The position numbers were made by a program, and so were the translations under genes. Below are positions 34,505 to 48,526 of a stretch of DNA of 64,000 nt, piece after piece. The DNA comes from Sphingomonas bacterium (GTDB lineage Bacteria > Pseudomonadota > Alphaproteobacteria > Sphingomonadales > Sphingomonadaceae), in the NCBI RefSeq assembly GCF_028292945.1, contig NZ_JAQGLJ010000022.1, positions 14,436-78,435 on the forward strand. The letters are read 5' to 3'. A model generated the notes under the pieces. That model saw only the letters and a program-made list of their open reading frames with translations, did not search any database and was not told the DNA's origin. Each line of letters begins with the position of its first letter. Positions within the stretch are counted from its first letter, which is position 1.

Positions 34505-36253
34505 TTGACCACCAGCACGCTGCAAACCCCTTCGAAGAAGGCCAAGTTCGATCCGGTGATGATGGAGGTTCTCTCGAACCGCCTGCTATCGATCACCGAG
34601 GACATGGCGATCCACATGATGAAGTCGTCGTTCTCGGCGCAGATCAAGGAACGTCGCGACTTCTCGGTTGGCCTCTTCGACCGTGGCGGCCGGCTCATCG
34701 CTCAGGGAACGCACATCCCCCTGCATCTCGCATCGCTGATCGGCAGCATGGAGGCGATCCTCAGAACCTTCGAGCCCTCATCGTTCGAAGAGGGCAATGC
34801 CTACATCTGCAACGATCCATATCTGTCGGGTGGCTCGCACCTCCCCGACATCTCCATCGTCAGCCCGATCTTCTGGCGCGGCGAGCTGGTGGGGTTCGCG
34901 GCGAACATCGGACACCATTCCGACATCGGCGGGTCGGTGCCCGGCTCCACGTCCGCGATGGCGAAGACGCTGTTCGAGGAAGGCATTCGCATCCCCGCTG
35001 TCCGCATCGCTCACAGGGGCGATATCGATGAGAACGTCCTTGCACTCGTCGCCTCGAATTCCCGTCTTCCGGAAGAGCGTCGTCTCGACCTCAACGTGCA
35101 GATCCTCACGAACCTGAGGGGCGGTAACGCCTACTGCCAGGTGCTGGACCAATCGGGGCTCGAGAGCGTCCGCTCCGCGGTCGACAGCATCATCCACTAT
35201 ACCAGTGCCCGCCTACAGAGCCGCATCGCCGCGCTCGCGCCGGGAGCCCACACCTTCACGACCTATCTGGACGATGACGGCTATGGCGGCGATCCACTGC
35301 CGATCACCGCGACCGTCGAGAGGGTCGGGGCTGAGCTGATCATCGACTTCGCCGGAACCGGCCCCCAGGCGAGAGGGGCGCTCAACGTCCCCAACAGCGC
35401 CGTCAGGGCGACCGTCTACTACTGCGTCAAGGCGATGCTCGATCCCGAACTGCTGCCGAACAGCGGCATGTTCGACGGGATCGTCATCCGCACGCCGGAG
35501 GGCACGATCGTCAATCCAGAGTTCCCTGCGGCCGTCGGCGCTCGAAGCATCACCACACAGAAGATTGCGGGCGCCGTGGTCGGCGCGCTCAATGGCCTGG
35601 TGCTTGAGGAACAGCGCATTGCCTCAAGCAACGACGTGCTCCCGTCCATATTGTTCTCGGGAAAGGTGGCCGGTGGCGGGGTCTACGTGTCCGGCGAGAC
35701 GCTGGGCGGCGGCGGCGGGGCGCTCTTCGACCTCGACGGCATGAGCGCCATACACGTCCATTGCACGAACACGCTCAACATGCCGACCGAGGCACTGGAG
35801 AACGAGTTCCCGCTGATGATCGACGAATATAGCCTGGTGGAGGATTCAGGCGGAGCCGGGCGCCAGCGCGGGGGCCTGGGCATCGCGCGGCAGTTCCGGG
35901 CGCTGCACGACCACACGATCATGAACTGCCGGTCCGACAGCCACAAGCGTGGTGCCGCAGGGATGGAGGGAGGCCATGCCGGTGGCCTGGCGCGCCTGAT
36001 CCGCAACGCGGGCACCGATCACGAGGAAGAGCTCAATTCGAAGGTCGCCGGCGTGATCCTGCGCGCCGGCGACACCGTCCGCATCCAGACGCCGGGCGGC
36101 GGGGGCTTCGGCGACCCTGCCGAGCGGGAGATCCTCGCGATCGCCCGCGACATCCAGGATGGAGTCGTTTCGAAAGCCGCAGCGGAGCTGGACTATGGTG
36201 CTGACCGCGTCGCAGCCGCATCGAGCATAAGCGCTCGGGCCAAAGCAGCGTGA
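34505..36253 (+). CDS. hydantoinase B/oxoprolinase family protein (HyuB-like subunit)
   Basis: A TTG at 34505 has GGAG 7 nt upstream. The family-conserved N-terminal segment FDPVMMEVLSNRL begins before the first ATG (34559). Hydantoinase_B-like sequence runs throughout (ERRDFSVGLFD..., NDPYLSGGSHLPD). Confidence 0.85.
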   Translation: MTTSTLQTPSKKAKFDPVMMEVLSNRLLSITEDMAIHMMKSSFSAQIKERRDFSVGLFDRGGRLIAQGTHIPLHLASLIGSMEAILRTFEPSSFEEGNAYICNDPYLSGGSHLPDISIVSPIFWRGELVGFAANIGHHSDIGGSVPGSTSAMAKTLFEEGIRIPAVRIAHRGDIDENVLALVASNSRLPEERRLDLNVQILTNLRGGNAYCQVLDQSGLESVRSAVDSIIHYTSARLQSRIAALAPGAHTFTTYLDDDGYGGDPLPITATVERVGAELIIDFAGTGPQARGALNVPNSAVRATVYYCVKAMLDPELLPNSGMFDGIVIRTPEGTIVNPEFPAAVGARSITTQKIAGAVVGALNGLVLEEQRIASSNDVLPSILFSGKVAGGGVYVSGETLGGGGGALFDLDGMSAIHVHCTNTLNMPTEALENEFPLMIDEYSLVEDSGGAGRQRGGLGIARQFRALHDHTIMNCRSDSHKRGAAGMEGGHAGGLARLIRNAGTDHEEELNSKVAGVILRAGDTVRIQTPGGGGFGDPAEREILAIARDIQDGVVSKAAAELDYGADRVAAASSISARAKAA

Positions 36254-37671
36254 CGATCGTGAGACCGACAAGCCGCATAGCGCATTGGGTGGCATCGCTT
36301 CCCAGGCAGCGCACACGCGAGGTGCAGTCCCTGGCGGTGGACGGTATCCGCGATCTGATCGGTTGCATGATCGCAGGCACCCTGGAACCACCATCCCAGA
36401 AGGCCATTCGTGTTGCTCTGGCGTGGGGACGGGGTTCGTCCTCGATCGCCGGCATCGACCATACGGTGTCCGCCCCAGCGAGCGCGTTCGCGAACGGCAC
36501 GGCTGCGCACGTCCTGGACTTCGACGACTCCTTCGCGCCACTGACAGGCCACCCATCCGCTCCGATCGTTCCGGCCCTCCTGGCACTGGGGGAAGAGCTT
36601 GGGTCGTCGGGCGCGGCGATCCTCGACGCCTACGTCGTGGGCATCGAGGTCCTGGCGACAATCGCTCGCGTCGCGAATCCATCCCACTACGCAATGGGCT
36701 GGCACAGCACGGCCACCATCGGCAGAATCGGCTCGGCCGCCGCCTGCGCGCGGCTGCTTGGCCTGGATGCAGCCCAGACAACGGCCGCCATCAGCATCGC
36801 AATGAGCAGCTCGGCCGGGACCCGCCTGCAGCTTGGCTCTCCCATGAAGTCCGTGCACGCGGGCTTCGCGGCGCGCGACGCGGTGATCGCCGCTCGACTG
36901 GCCGCCGAAGGCATGACGGGTGGCAGTGAAGTGCTTGCGGGCGAGCGCGGCTTCCAAGGTCTCTACACTATGTCCCACGCCGGCGAGGAGGCATTCACGG
37001 TCCCCGGTGAAGGCGAGCCACTGGCGATCGTGTCGCCTGGGATCACCTTCAAGCCCTATCCGACCTGCGGGAGCACTCACCGGAGTCTCGATGCACTGCT
37101 CTTCCTGAAGACCGAGCATCGCTTCTCGGGCGACGATGTCGACTCCGCCGTGTTGAGTATTCCCGCCCTCAACGTGAAGAACCTGATCTACGATCGACCC
37201 GCGTCGGGTCTCGAAGCGAAGTTCAGCATGCCCTACTGCGCCGCGCTGGCGCTTGAGCAGGGCTCCCTGCGCCTCGGAGACTTCGACGACGCCGCGATCG
37301 AGCGGCCCAGAATTCAGGCGCTGATGCCGCGGATCGTCATGGAGACGACGCCTGGCTCGGAGCACACCGAAAAAGACTATCTCGATCTGCCGGCACACAC
37401 GACGGTGCGCCTCAAAGACGGTTCCACCCTGTCCGACGAGCGCTATGTCCGAAGGGGTTCGCTCAGCTCGCCCATGTCGGACCAGGAGCATGCCGGCAAG
37501 TTCAGGGACTGCGCCGGGCGCGTATTCGGGCACTCCGAGACGGAGCGGTTGCTCGAGCTCATTTCGAACCTTCCGGTCACCCCGGACGTGCGCCTTTTCA
37601 CGAGCCTGCTGCGGCAGACCAAGAGCCAGGTCGCATCCTCAACCGATGCCAGTCACCATGCAGCACGCTGA
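36250..37671 (+). CDS. MmgE/PrpD family protein
   Basis: 473 aa. The GTG start overlaps the hyuB TGA (GTGA). MmgE/PrpD features: FANGTAAHVLDFDD, GHPSAPIVPALLA, WHSTATIG. Confidence 0.85.
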   Translation: MTIVRPTSRIAHWVASLPRQRTREVQSLAVDGIRDLIGCMIAGTLEPPSQKAIRVALAWGRGSSSIAGIDHTVSAPASAFANGTAAHVLDFDDSFAPLTGHPSAPIVPALLALGEELGSSGAAILDAYVVGIEVLATIARVANPSHYAMGWHSTATIGRIGSAAACARLLGLDAAQTTAAISIAMSSSAGTRLQLGSPMKSVHAGFAARDAVIAARLAAEGMTGGSEVLAGERGFQGLYTMSHAGEEAFTVPGEGEPLAIVSPGITFKPYPTCGSTHRSLDALLFLKTEHRFSGDDVDSAVLSIPALNVKNLIYDRPASGLEAKFSMPYCAALALEQGSLRLGDFDDAAIERPRIQALMPRIVMETTPGSEHTEKDYLDLPAHTTVRLKDGSTLSDERYVRRGSLSSPMSDQEHAGKFRDCAGRVFGHSETERLLELISNLPVTPDVRLFTSLLRQTKSQVASSTDASHHAAR

Positions 37672-39154
37672 GATGGCCTTCAGCGCGGCTCGCCTGTCGA
37701 AGCCCCCCAGCGAACACGTCCAGCAGTTCTACCAGCTGCCGGCGCTGCAGCGCGAGAGGCGCCAATTCGATCAGTTCTCGAAGATCGATCTCGCTCACGC
37801 CGTCATGCTCGTGGAGCAGGGCATCGTCACCGCCGAGGTCGGTCGTCAGCTGCTTCCCACGCTCCTCGAGATACGCACGCTCGGCTATGACGGGCTCGGC
37901 GTCGATCCAGCGCGCGGGAGCCTTCTGTTCCAGATCGAAGCGTTCCTCGCGTCCAAAGTCGGTGAGGATGCCGCCGGTGCGCTTCACACCGCCCGGAGCC
38001 GCATAGACCAGAGCGCGACAGCGCGCCGCCTGTTCAAGCGCGATGGCCTGATCCGCGTCATGGCGGGCATCCTCGAGCTCACGGACGTGCTGATCGAGGT
38101 CGCCGAGCGACACAGCTCGACCATCATGCCCAGCTACACCCACATGCAGCAGGCCCAGCCCGGGAACTTCGGCCACTACGTCCTCAGCTTCGCATCCCGG
38201 CTCGAGGCCGACTTCGACCGATGCCTGGAGATCCTCGTCCGGGTCAACCAAAGCCCCCTGGGGGCGGTGGGACTGTCCGGTACGTCGTGGCCTATCAATC
38301 GCGACCGGACAGCCGAGCTGCTTGGGTTCGACGGCATCGTCTACAACTCCAAGCTCGGGCGGGAGGCTTACTACGCCGCAGAGATCGCAGCATGCCTCTC
38401 GCTCGTCATGAGCGACCTGAACGACCTCGCCACCGATCTGCATATCTGGTCCAGCAGCGAGTTCGCCCTCGTCGAGCTTGATGATTCCTACTGCAGCACG
38501 AGCAGCATCTTTCCGCAGAAGAAGAACCCGGTCACGCTCGAGACGATCAAGGCTGCCGCCGGACCCGCCGTGACCTGGTTCGCCACCGCGCTCGCCACCT
38601 TCCGCGGCGAGGGCACCGGTGACCAAGCGATCCGCGCCGTGTCCCTTCTCGACCCTGCCTTCGACACCGTCGCAAACATGCTGGAGCTTTCTGCAGGCAT
38701 AATGGCGACGCTCAAGGTCCATGAGCGTCGCATGGAGGAGATCCTCGATGCGAGCTGGTCGACATCCAGCAACCTGGCGGATGTCCTTGTGCAGAGCCAC
38801 GGCCTGTCTTTCAGGCAGGCCCACCACGTCGTCGGCCGCTTCGTGCGCATCGCGATGGCGGACAACATCTCGAGGGGCCAGGCAGGGACGGAGCTGCTGT
38901 GCCGCGCCAGCCGCGAGACAATCGGCAGTGACCTGAAGATCTCGGGCATCGAACTGGCAGCCGCGCTGGATCCAAGGGAGTTCGTCCGGACCAGGATTAG
39001 CGCGGGAAGCGTGGGACCGACCGAGGTCAGCCACATGCTCGGACGCTCCAAGATTTCGCTGTCGGACAACCGGTCCAAGCTCGATCGCCGCCGTCTGCAG
39101 TTCTCGCAAGCCGAGGAAATGCTAGCCGAGGCGGTCCGCAGGATCGTCGCGTAG
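37658..39154 (+). CDS. argininosuccinate-lyase-like protein (aspartase/fumarase, Lyase_1 superfamily)
   Basis: ASL-like blocks: HTARSRIDQ, SYTHMQQAQP, SPLGAVGLSGTSWPINRDRTAELLGF. The SS-loop signature is variant, STSSIFPQKKNP (38495-38530). Candidate starts are 37646, 37658 and 37673, at or overlapping the prpD-like stop. Confidence 0.8.
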   Translation: MQHAEMAFSAARLSKPPSEHVQQFYQLPALQRERRQFDQFSKIDLAHAVMLVEQGIVTAEVGRQLLPTLLEIRTLGYDGLGVDPARGSLLFQIEAFLASKVGEDAAGALHTARSRIDQSATARRLFKRDGLIRVMAGILELTDVLIEVAERHSSTIMPSYTHMQQAQPGNFGHYVLSFASRLEADFDRCLEILVRVNQSPLGAVGLSGTSWPINRDRTAELLGFDGIVYNSKLGREAYYAAEIAACLSLVMSDLNDLATDLHIWSSSEFALVELDDSYCSTSSIFPQKKNPVTLETIKAAAGPAVTWFATALATFRGEGTGDQAIRAVSLLDPAFDTVANMLELSAGIMATLKVHERRMEEILDASWSTSSNLADVLVQSHGLSFRQAHHVVGRFVRIAMADNISRGQAGTELLCRASRETIGSDLKISGIELAAALDPREFVRTRISAGSVGPTEVSHMLGRSKISLSDNRSKLDRRRLQFSQAEEMLAEAVRRIVA

Positions 39155-39576
39155 CTGACCTTCAGCTTCGCGGCGCCTCTGAGACGATGGATAGCCCAGT
39201 ATCGGAGGTCCGGGCTCGCGGGCAGCGGCACCCTGACTCACTCCCGCTGGCGATGCGGCGAGATCAACGACCAACGACAACCCGGCAAGACAAGCACCGC
39301 ACCAGCCCGCTGACGAAGGAGATCAGCCGCCGGACGGCGCGCGCGCTCCGGAGAGACCGGCCGGCGCCATAGGCTCGGCGGCAATCGCGGCTGCCGTCCT
39401 CTATGCCTCGGGCAAGCATAAGCCGCGTTGAGGCTTAAAATCCGCGGCGGCAGTGCGGATATGCCTTCCGGCGCGCTGATTGCCAGCACTGCGCGTCCGC
39501 ACCCGTAGGCGACCGACTGACCACCATCACCCTGGCTCCGACGGGTCTGGAAGGGGCACAAGCACCGCAGCCACGG

Positions 39577-39690
39577 ATGCCCGACGAAGTGCAATTCTCC
39601 GATCGCGAGGCGCTGCTGTTCCATTCGGAGGGACGGCCGGGCACGATCGAGATCGTCGCGTCGAAGCCGATGGCGAGGCAGCGCCACCTA
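39577..39690 (+). pseudogene. N-terminal fragment of an NAD(P)-dependent malic enzyme (about 37 recognisable codons, then no recognisable similarity)
   Basis: MPDEVQFSDREALLFHSEGRPGTIEIVASKPMARQRHL resembles the conserved malic-enzyme N-terminus (..EAL.YH...PGK.E...TKP.A.QRDL). The following SPGVA and GxGxxG regions are absent. Confidence 0.45.
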
Positions 39691-39983
39691 GGCCGCCTTC
39701 GACCGCGCACTGAAAAACCTTGCCGGTCGACGGAGGCTACGAATTCGGACGTCCTTGAGCGGCATGATGAGTTTCCTCGACTGATCCCAAAGGACGCTCG
39801 TCGAAGACTTGGCGGAGCCGTGGTGCCACCAAATTCCATCGAGGCCATCATGGCCTCGCCCGTGGCACCATATGGCCCTGGATGGTCTGAAATCGCCTGA
39901 GACATCCCGGGATCGGTGAAGCTCTTTTATGGCGGAAATTCAGGGTTTTGTCGATCCTCCCGAGACATCTCGGGAAGAACAAA

Positions 39984-40070
39984 TGGTGCCCGGAAGAGGA
40001 CTCGAACCTCCACGACCTTGCGATCGCCAGCACCTGAAGCTGGTGCGTCTACCAATTCCGCCATCCGGGC
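39984..40070 (-). tRNA. tRNA-Leu (anticodon CAG), type II with long variable arm, CCA encoded
   Basis: Reverse complement: GCCCGGATGGCGGAATTGGTAGACGCACCAGCTTCAGGTGCTGGCGATCGCAAGGTCGTGGAGGTTCGAGTCCTCTTCCGGGCACCA. The acceptor stem is 7 bp, the anticodon loop is TTCAGGT, and the T-loop is TTCGAGT. Confidence 0.95.
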
Positions 40071-40179
40071 ACGAGGGGGCTGTCGGCCCCCGGGTAGGGG
40101 CGGGCCTCTAGGGGACGTCGCTTCGCCTTGTCAATCGGGTCGCACAAAGGCAGGACGCCGCCGACATGAGGGTTCAGAC

Positions 40180-41145
40180 ATGACACGCGACGCGCTGGTG
40201 GTGGTGTTCGGCGGATCGGGGTTCATCGGCCGCTATGCCGCGCAGGCGCTGATGCGCGCCGGGCTGCGGGTGCGCTTTGCGGAGCGTGACCCCCGGCGCG
40301 CTGCCGGGCTCAAGGCGCTGGGCGCGTTGGGACAGAGCCAGTTCGTCGCGGCGGACCTCTCGCGACCCGACACGGTGGCGCGCGCGCTCGCCGGAGCCGA
40401 TGCGGCCGTCAATTTGGTCGGGACCTTCGGCAAGGCGATGGAAGCGATCCACGTCGACGGCGCGCGCGCGGTGGCGGAAGCGGCGGCGTCAGCGGGCGCG
40501 GGCGCGCTGGTTCACGTTTCCGCGATCGGCGCCGACCCGAGCGGCGCGGCGCTCTACGCGCAGACCAAGGGCCGGGGCGAGGAGGCGGTGCGCGCCGCTT
40601 TTCCGACCGCCACGATCCTGCGGCCGTCGGTGGTGTTCGGGGCGGAGGATCAGTTTCTCAATCGTTTTGCCGGGCTGATCGCCCGGGCGCCCGTCGTCCC
40701 CGTGCTGCGCGCCGGCACGCGCTTTCAGCCGGTATTCGTCGGTGACGTGGCGGATGCGATCGCGCTCGCCGTTACCGAGCCTGCTCGATTCGGTGGGCAA
40801 ATGTACGAATTGGGCGGCCCCGACACGCCGACGATGGCCGAGCTGCTGCGCTGGATCGCCGCCGAGACCAATCGTGCTGGCCGCTTCGTCGAGCTGCCCG
40901 ACTTCGCCGGCTCGCTGCTGGCCAGCGCGGGCTTTCTGCCCGGCGCGCCGATCACGCGCGACCAGTGGCTGATGCTGCAGAAGGACAATGTCGTCGCTCC
41001 GGGTGCGCAGGGGCTGGCGGCATTCGACATCGCGCCGACGCCGATGGCGACGGTCGCGCCCGCGTGGCTGGTCAGGTTTCGCCGCCAGGGCAGGTTCGCG
41101 CGGCCCGCCCCGGAACGTGTTGGCTCAACACGAGACGCCTCGTGA
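40180..41145 (+). CDS. NAD(P)H-binding, complex I NDUFA9-subunit-like / NAD-dependent epimerase family protein
   Basis: 321 aa from MTRDALVVVFGGSGFIGRYAAQAL (Rossmann GxxGxxG). The upstream part of ORF 39916.. overlaps the tRNA and was rejected. Confidence 0.8.
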   Translation: MTRDALVVVFGGSGFIGRYAAQALMRAGLRVRFAERDPRRAAGLKALGALGQSQFVAADLSRPDTVARALAGADAAVNLVGTFGKAMEAIHVDGARAVAEAAASAGAGALVHVSAIGADPSGAALYAQTKGRGEEAVRAAFPTATILRPSVVFGAEDQFLNRFAGLIARAPVVPVLRAGTRFQPVFVGDVADAIALAVTEPARFGGQMYELGGPDTPTMAELLRWIAAETNRAGRFVELPDFAGSLLASAGFLPGAPITRDQWLMLQKDNVVAPGAQGLAAFDIAPTPMATVAPAWLVRFRRQGRFARPAPERVGSTRDAS

Positions 41146-41155
41146 GGATCGGGGC

Positions 41156-41953
41156 GTGAACCAATGGCTGACCGCGATCCTGCTCGGCATCGTCGAGGGG
41201 ATCACCGAGTTCCTGCCCGTCTCCTCCACCGGCCATCTGGTGCTGGCGACCGAGCTGCTCGGCTTTCGCGCGGAGGACTGGGCGGTGTTCAACATCGCCA
41301 TCCAGCCCGGCGCGATCATGGCGATCGTGGTGCTGTACTGGCGCACGTTCGTGGCGGTGTGGCGCGGGCTGCTGACCTGGGAACCGGGCGCGGTGGCGTT
41401 CGTGCGCAATCTGCTGCTCGCCTTCATCCCCGCGGTCGTCCTGGGGCTGATCTTCGACGATCAGATCGAGGCGCTGCTGGAGAATGCGACGGTGGTCGCC
41501 TGGGCGCTGATCGTCGGCGGGGTCGCGATCCTGGTGGTGGAGCGACTGGCCAAGACACAGAACGTGCTTGGCATTGCGGGCGTGTCGGTGTCGCAATCGG
41601 TGAAGATCGGGCTGGTCCAGTGCCTCGCCATGGTGCCCGGCGTCAGCCGCTCGGGCGCGACGATCATGGGTGCGATGGCGCTGGGCATCGATCGGCGCAC
41701 GGCGGCGGACTTCTCGTTCTTCCTGGCGCTGCCGACGCTGAGCGGCGCAACCGTTTTGCAATTGGTGAAACATCGCGACGAGATCGGGGTCGACGACCTG
41801 CAACTGATCGGCGTCGGTGCGCTGGTGTCGTTCGTGGTGGCACTGGTCGTGGTGAAGGCATTCATGGCCGTGGTAACGCGCCACGGCTTCGCGCCGTTTG
41901 CATGGTACCGCATCGTCGCCGGCATAGTGGCACTGGCCGTGCTCAACAGCTGA
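41156..41953 (+). CDS. uppP: undecaprenyl-diphosphate phosphatase
   Basis: GTG start. The sequence VNQWLTAILLGIVEGITEFLPVSSTGHL and PGVSRSGATI are BacA/UppP signature motifs. About 8 TM segments. Confidence 0.9.
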   Translation: MNQWLTAILLGIVEGITEFLPVSSTGHLVLATELLGFRAEDWAVFNIAIQPGAIMAIVVLYWRTFVAVWRGLLTWEPGAVAFVRNLLLAFIPAVVLGLIFDDQIEALLENATVVAWALIVGGVAILVVERLAKTQNVLGIAGVSVSQSVKIGLVQCLAMVPGVSRSGATIMGAMALGIDRRTAADFSFFLALPTLSGATVLQLVKHRDEIGVDDLQLIGVGALVSFVVALVVVKAFMAVVTRHGFAPFAWYRIVAGIVALAVLNS

Positions 41954-42098
41954 AGGCCCGGTCTGGACCTATTTAATTGGTTCGTATCGTTCCAGTCGTA
42001 CTTCAGTAACCACCGCCTCTATTAATAGGTAAGGTATCCTGACTAGTAGCTGTGCGGGGCCACTGCTATGCTTCGCCAAACTTGTTGAGGCGGACGCG

Positions 42099-43519
42099 AT
42101 GGCGACGGATCAGATGCTGCAGTTCGTCGTTCGCGATCAGGCCTATCCGGCCAAACGCGCGGCGGGCAACCGCGCCGCCGACTTCGCCGAGATCGCCGCA
42201 CGTTATCCAGTGCCCGACGCCGCCGAGCAATCGGGGCGGTGCTCGCAATGCGGTGTGCCCTATTGCACCGTCCATTGCCCGCTCCACAATCACATCCCCG
42301 ACTGGCTGCGCCTGACCGCTGAGGGCCGGCTGCGCGAAGCCTACGAGCTGTCCAACGCCACCTCGACCATGCCCGAGATCTGCGGCCGGATTTGCCCGCA
42401 AGATCGGCTGTGCGAGGGCAATTGCGTGATCGAGTTCTCCGGCCACGGCGCGGTGACGATCGGCGCGGTGGAGAAGTTCATCACCGACAAGGCGTGGGAA
42501 GAGGGCTGGGTCGAGCCGGTCGCGATCGGCCCGGCGCGCGGCCAGTCGGTTGGCGTGATCGGCGCGGGACCGGCCGGCCTGACGGCGGCGGAGTATCTGC
42601 GCAATCACGGCTACGAGGTGCACGTCTATGATCGGCACGATCGTGCGGGCGGGCTGCTGACCTATGGCATCCCCGGCTTCAAGCTGGAGAAGCCGGTCGT
42701 GATGCGCCGCGTCGAACGCCTGCGCGAAGGCGGGATCGTATTTCACCACGGCTTCGCGGTGGGAGAGCAGGCGAGTCTCGACGAGCTTCGCCAGCGCCAC
42801 GACGCGGTGCTGATCGCGACGGGCGTGTACCGCGCGCGCGCCGTGGACATTCCCGGCGCCGACCGCGCCGTGCCGGCGCTGGATTACCTCACCACCTCCA
42901 ACCGCAAGGGGTTCGGCGACGCGGTGCCCGCCTATGACGACGGCACGCTGTCGGCGGCGGGCAAGCATGTGGTGGTGATCGGCGGCGGCGACACGGCGAT
43001 GGACTGTGTCCGCACCGCCGTGCGTCAGGGCGCCGCGAGCGTGAAGTGCCTGTACCGCCGCGACCGTGCCAACATGCCCGGTTCGCAGCGTGAGGTCGCG
43101 AACGCCGAGGAGGAGGGCGTCGAGTTCGTCTGGCTGGCCGCGCCGACCGATATCGGCGACGGCGAAGTGACGCTGCGCCGGATGCGCCTGGGTGCGCCCG
43201 ACGCCAGCGGTCGGCGCGCGCCCGAGCCCGAACCGGACGGCGAGGTGAGCGTGCCTGCCGACATGGTGATCGCCGCGCTTGGCTTCGACGCGGAAGATCT
43301 GCCGGCGCTGTTCGGTGCGCCCGAGCTGGGCGTGACGCGGTGGGGCACGGTGCTGGTCGACGGCAAGACGATGATGACCAGCCTGGACGGCGTGTTCGCG
43401 GCCGGCGACATCGTTCGCGGCGCCAGCCTGGTCGTGTGGGCGATCCGCGACGGCCGCGACGTGACGGCGAGCATGCACAAGTGGCTTCGCTCACGGGCCG
43501 CGGCCGCGAAGGTGGCAGC

Positions 43520-43523
<4 letters not shown>
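42099..43523 (+). CDS. gltD: glutamate synthase small (beta) subunit, NADPH-dependent
   Basis: 474 aa. Cys clusters CSQCGVPYC..HCP and CGRICPQDRLCEGNC. Dinucleotide folds: VGVIGAGPAGL, VVVIGGGDTAMDC. Confidence 0.9.
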
Positions 43524-48025
<4,502 letters not shown>

Positions 48026-48085
48026 CGGGCGAGGTTGAAAATTTCGGGCTAAACCGTTATATCCGGGTCGTTCAATCGGAGACTC

Positions 48086-48526
48086 GTGATGCGTATCGCA
48101 CTTGCCGCCGTCGCTCTGACCAGTTCCGCACTGATCGCCGCTGCGCCCGCCGTGGCGCGTGAGCCGGTTCGCCCCACTGCCGAACAGGCTGCGGCCGCGC
48201 TGGGCAATCCCCTGGTTCAGGAAGCTGCTGCGCGCGCGCTGACGCAGTTGGTCGGCATCGTCCTGGATACGCGCGTCGGACCGGCGGCGATGTTGAGCGG
48301 CCCCGACGCGCGGGTCCGGCCCGATGACACGCTGCGTGATCTTGCCCAGCGCGACGATCCGTACTTCGAGGAACGCCTGTACGAAGGCGCGAAGCGCTCG
48401 ATGGGCACGGCGGCTGCGGTCGCCGGCGGTGCAGCCGTGCAGGCCAAGGAGCTGAAGCGCACCGCCGATCGGCTCGAGGCTGCTCTGGCACCCCTGCTCG
48501 GCGCGATCGCGCCCGAGCGTTACTGA
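48086..48526 (+). CDS. hypothetical secreted protein
   Basis: 146-aa ORF with a signal peptide (MMRIALAAVALTSSALIAAAPAVA) and high GC3. No family was recognised. Confidence 0.5.
   Translation: MMRIALAAVALTSSALIAAAPAVAREPVRPTAEQAAAALGNPLVQEAAARALTQLVGIVLDTRVGPAAMLSGPDARVRPDDTLRDLAQRDDPYFEERLYEGAKRSMGTAAAVAGGAAVQAKELKRTADRLEAALAPLLGAIAPERY

Noticed and set aside
39916-40179. N-terminal extension of ORF 39916..41145 (409 aa).
   Set aside because: It runs across the tRNA-Leu gene. The Rossmann-fold protein begins at the ATG at 40180.
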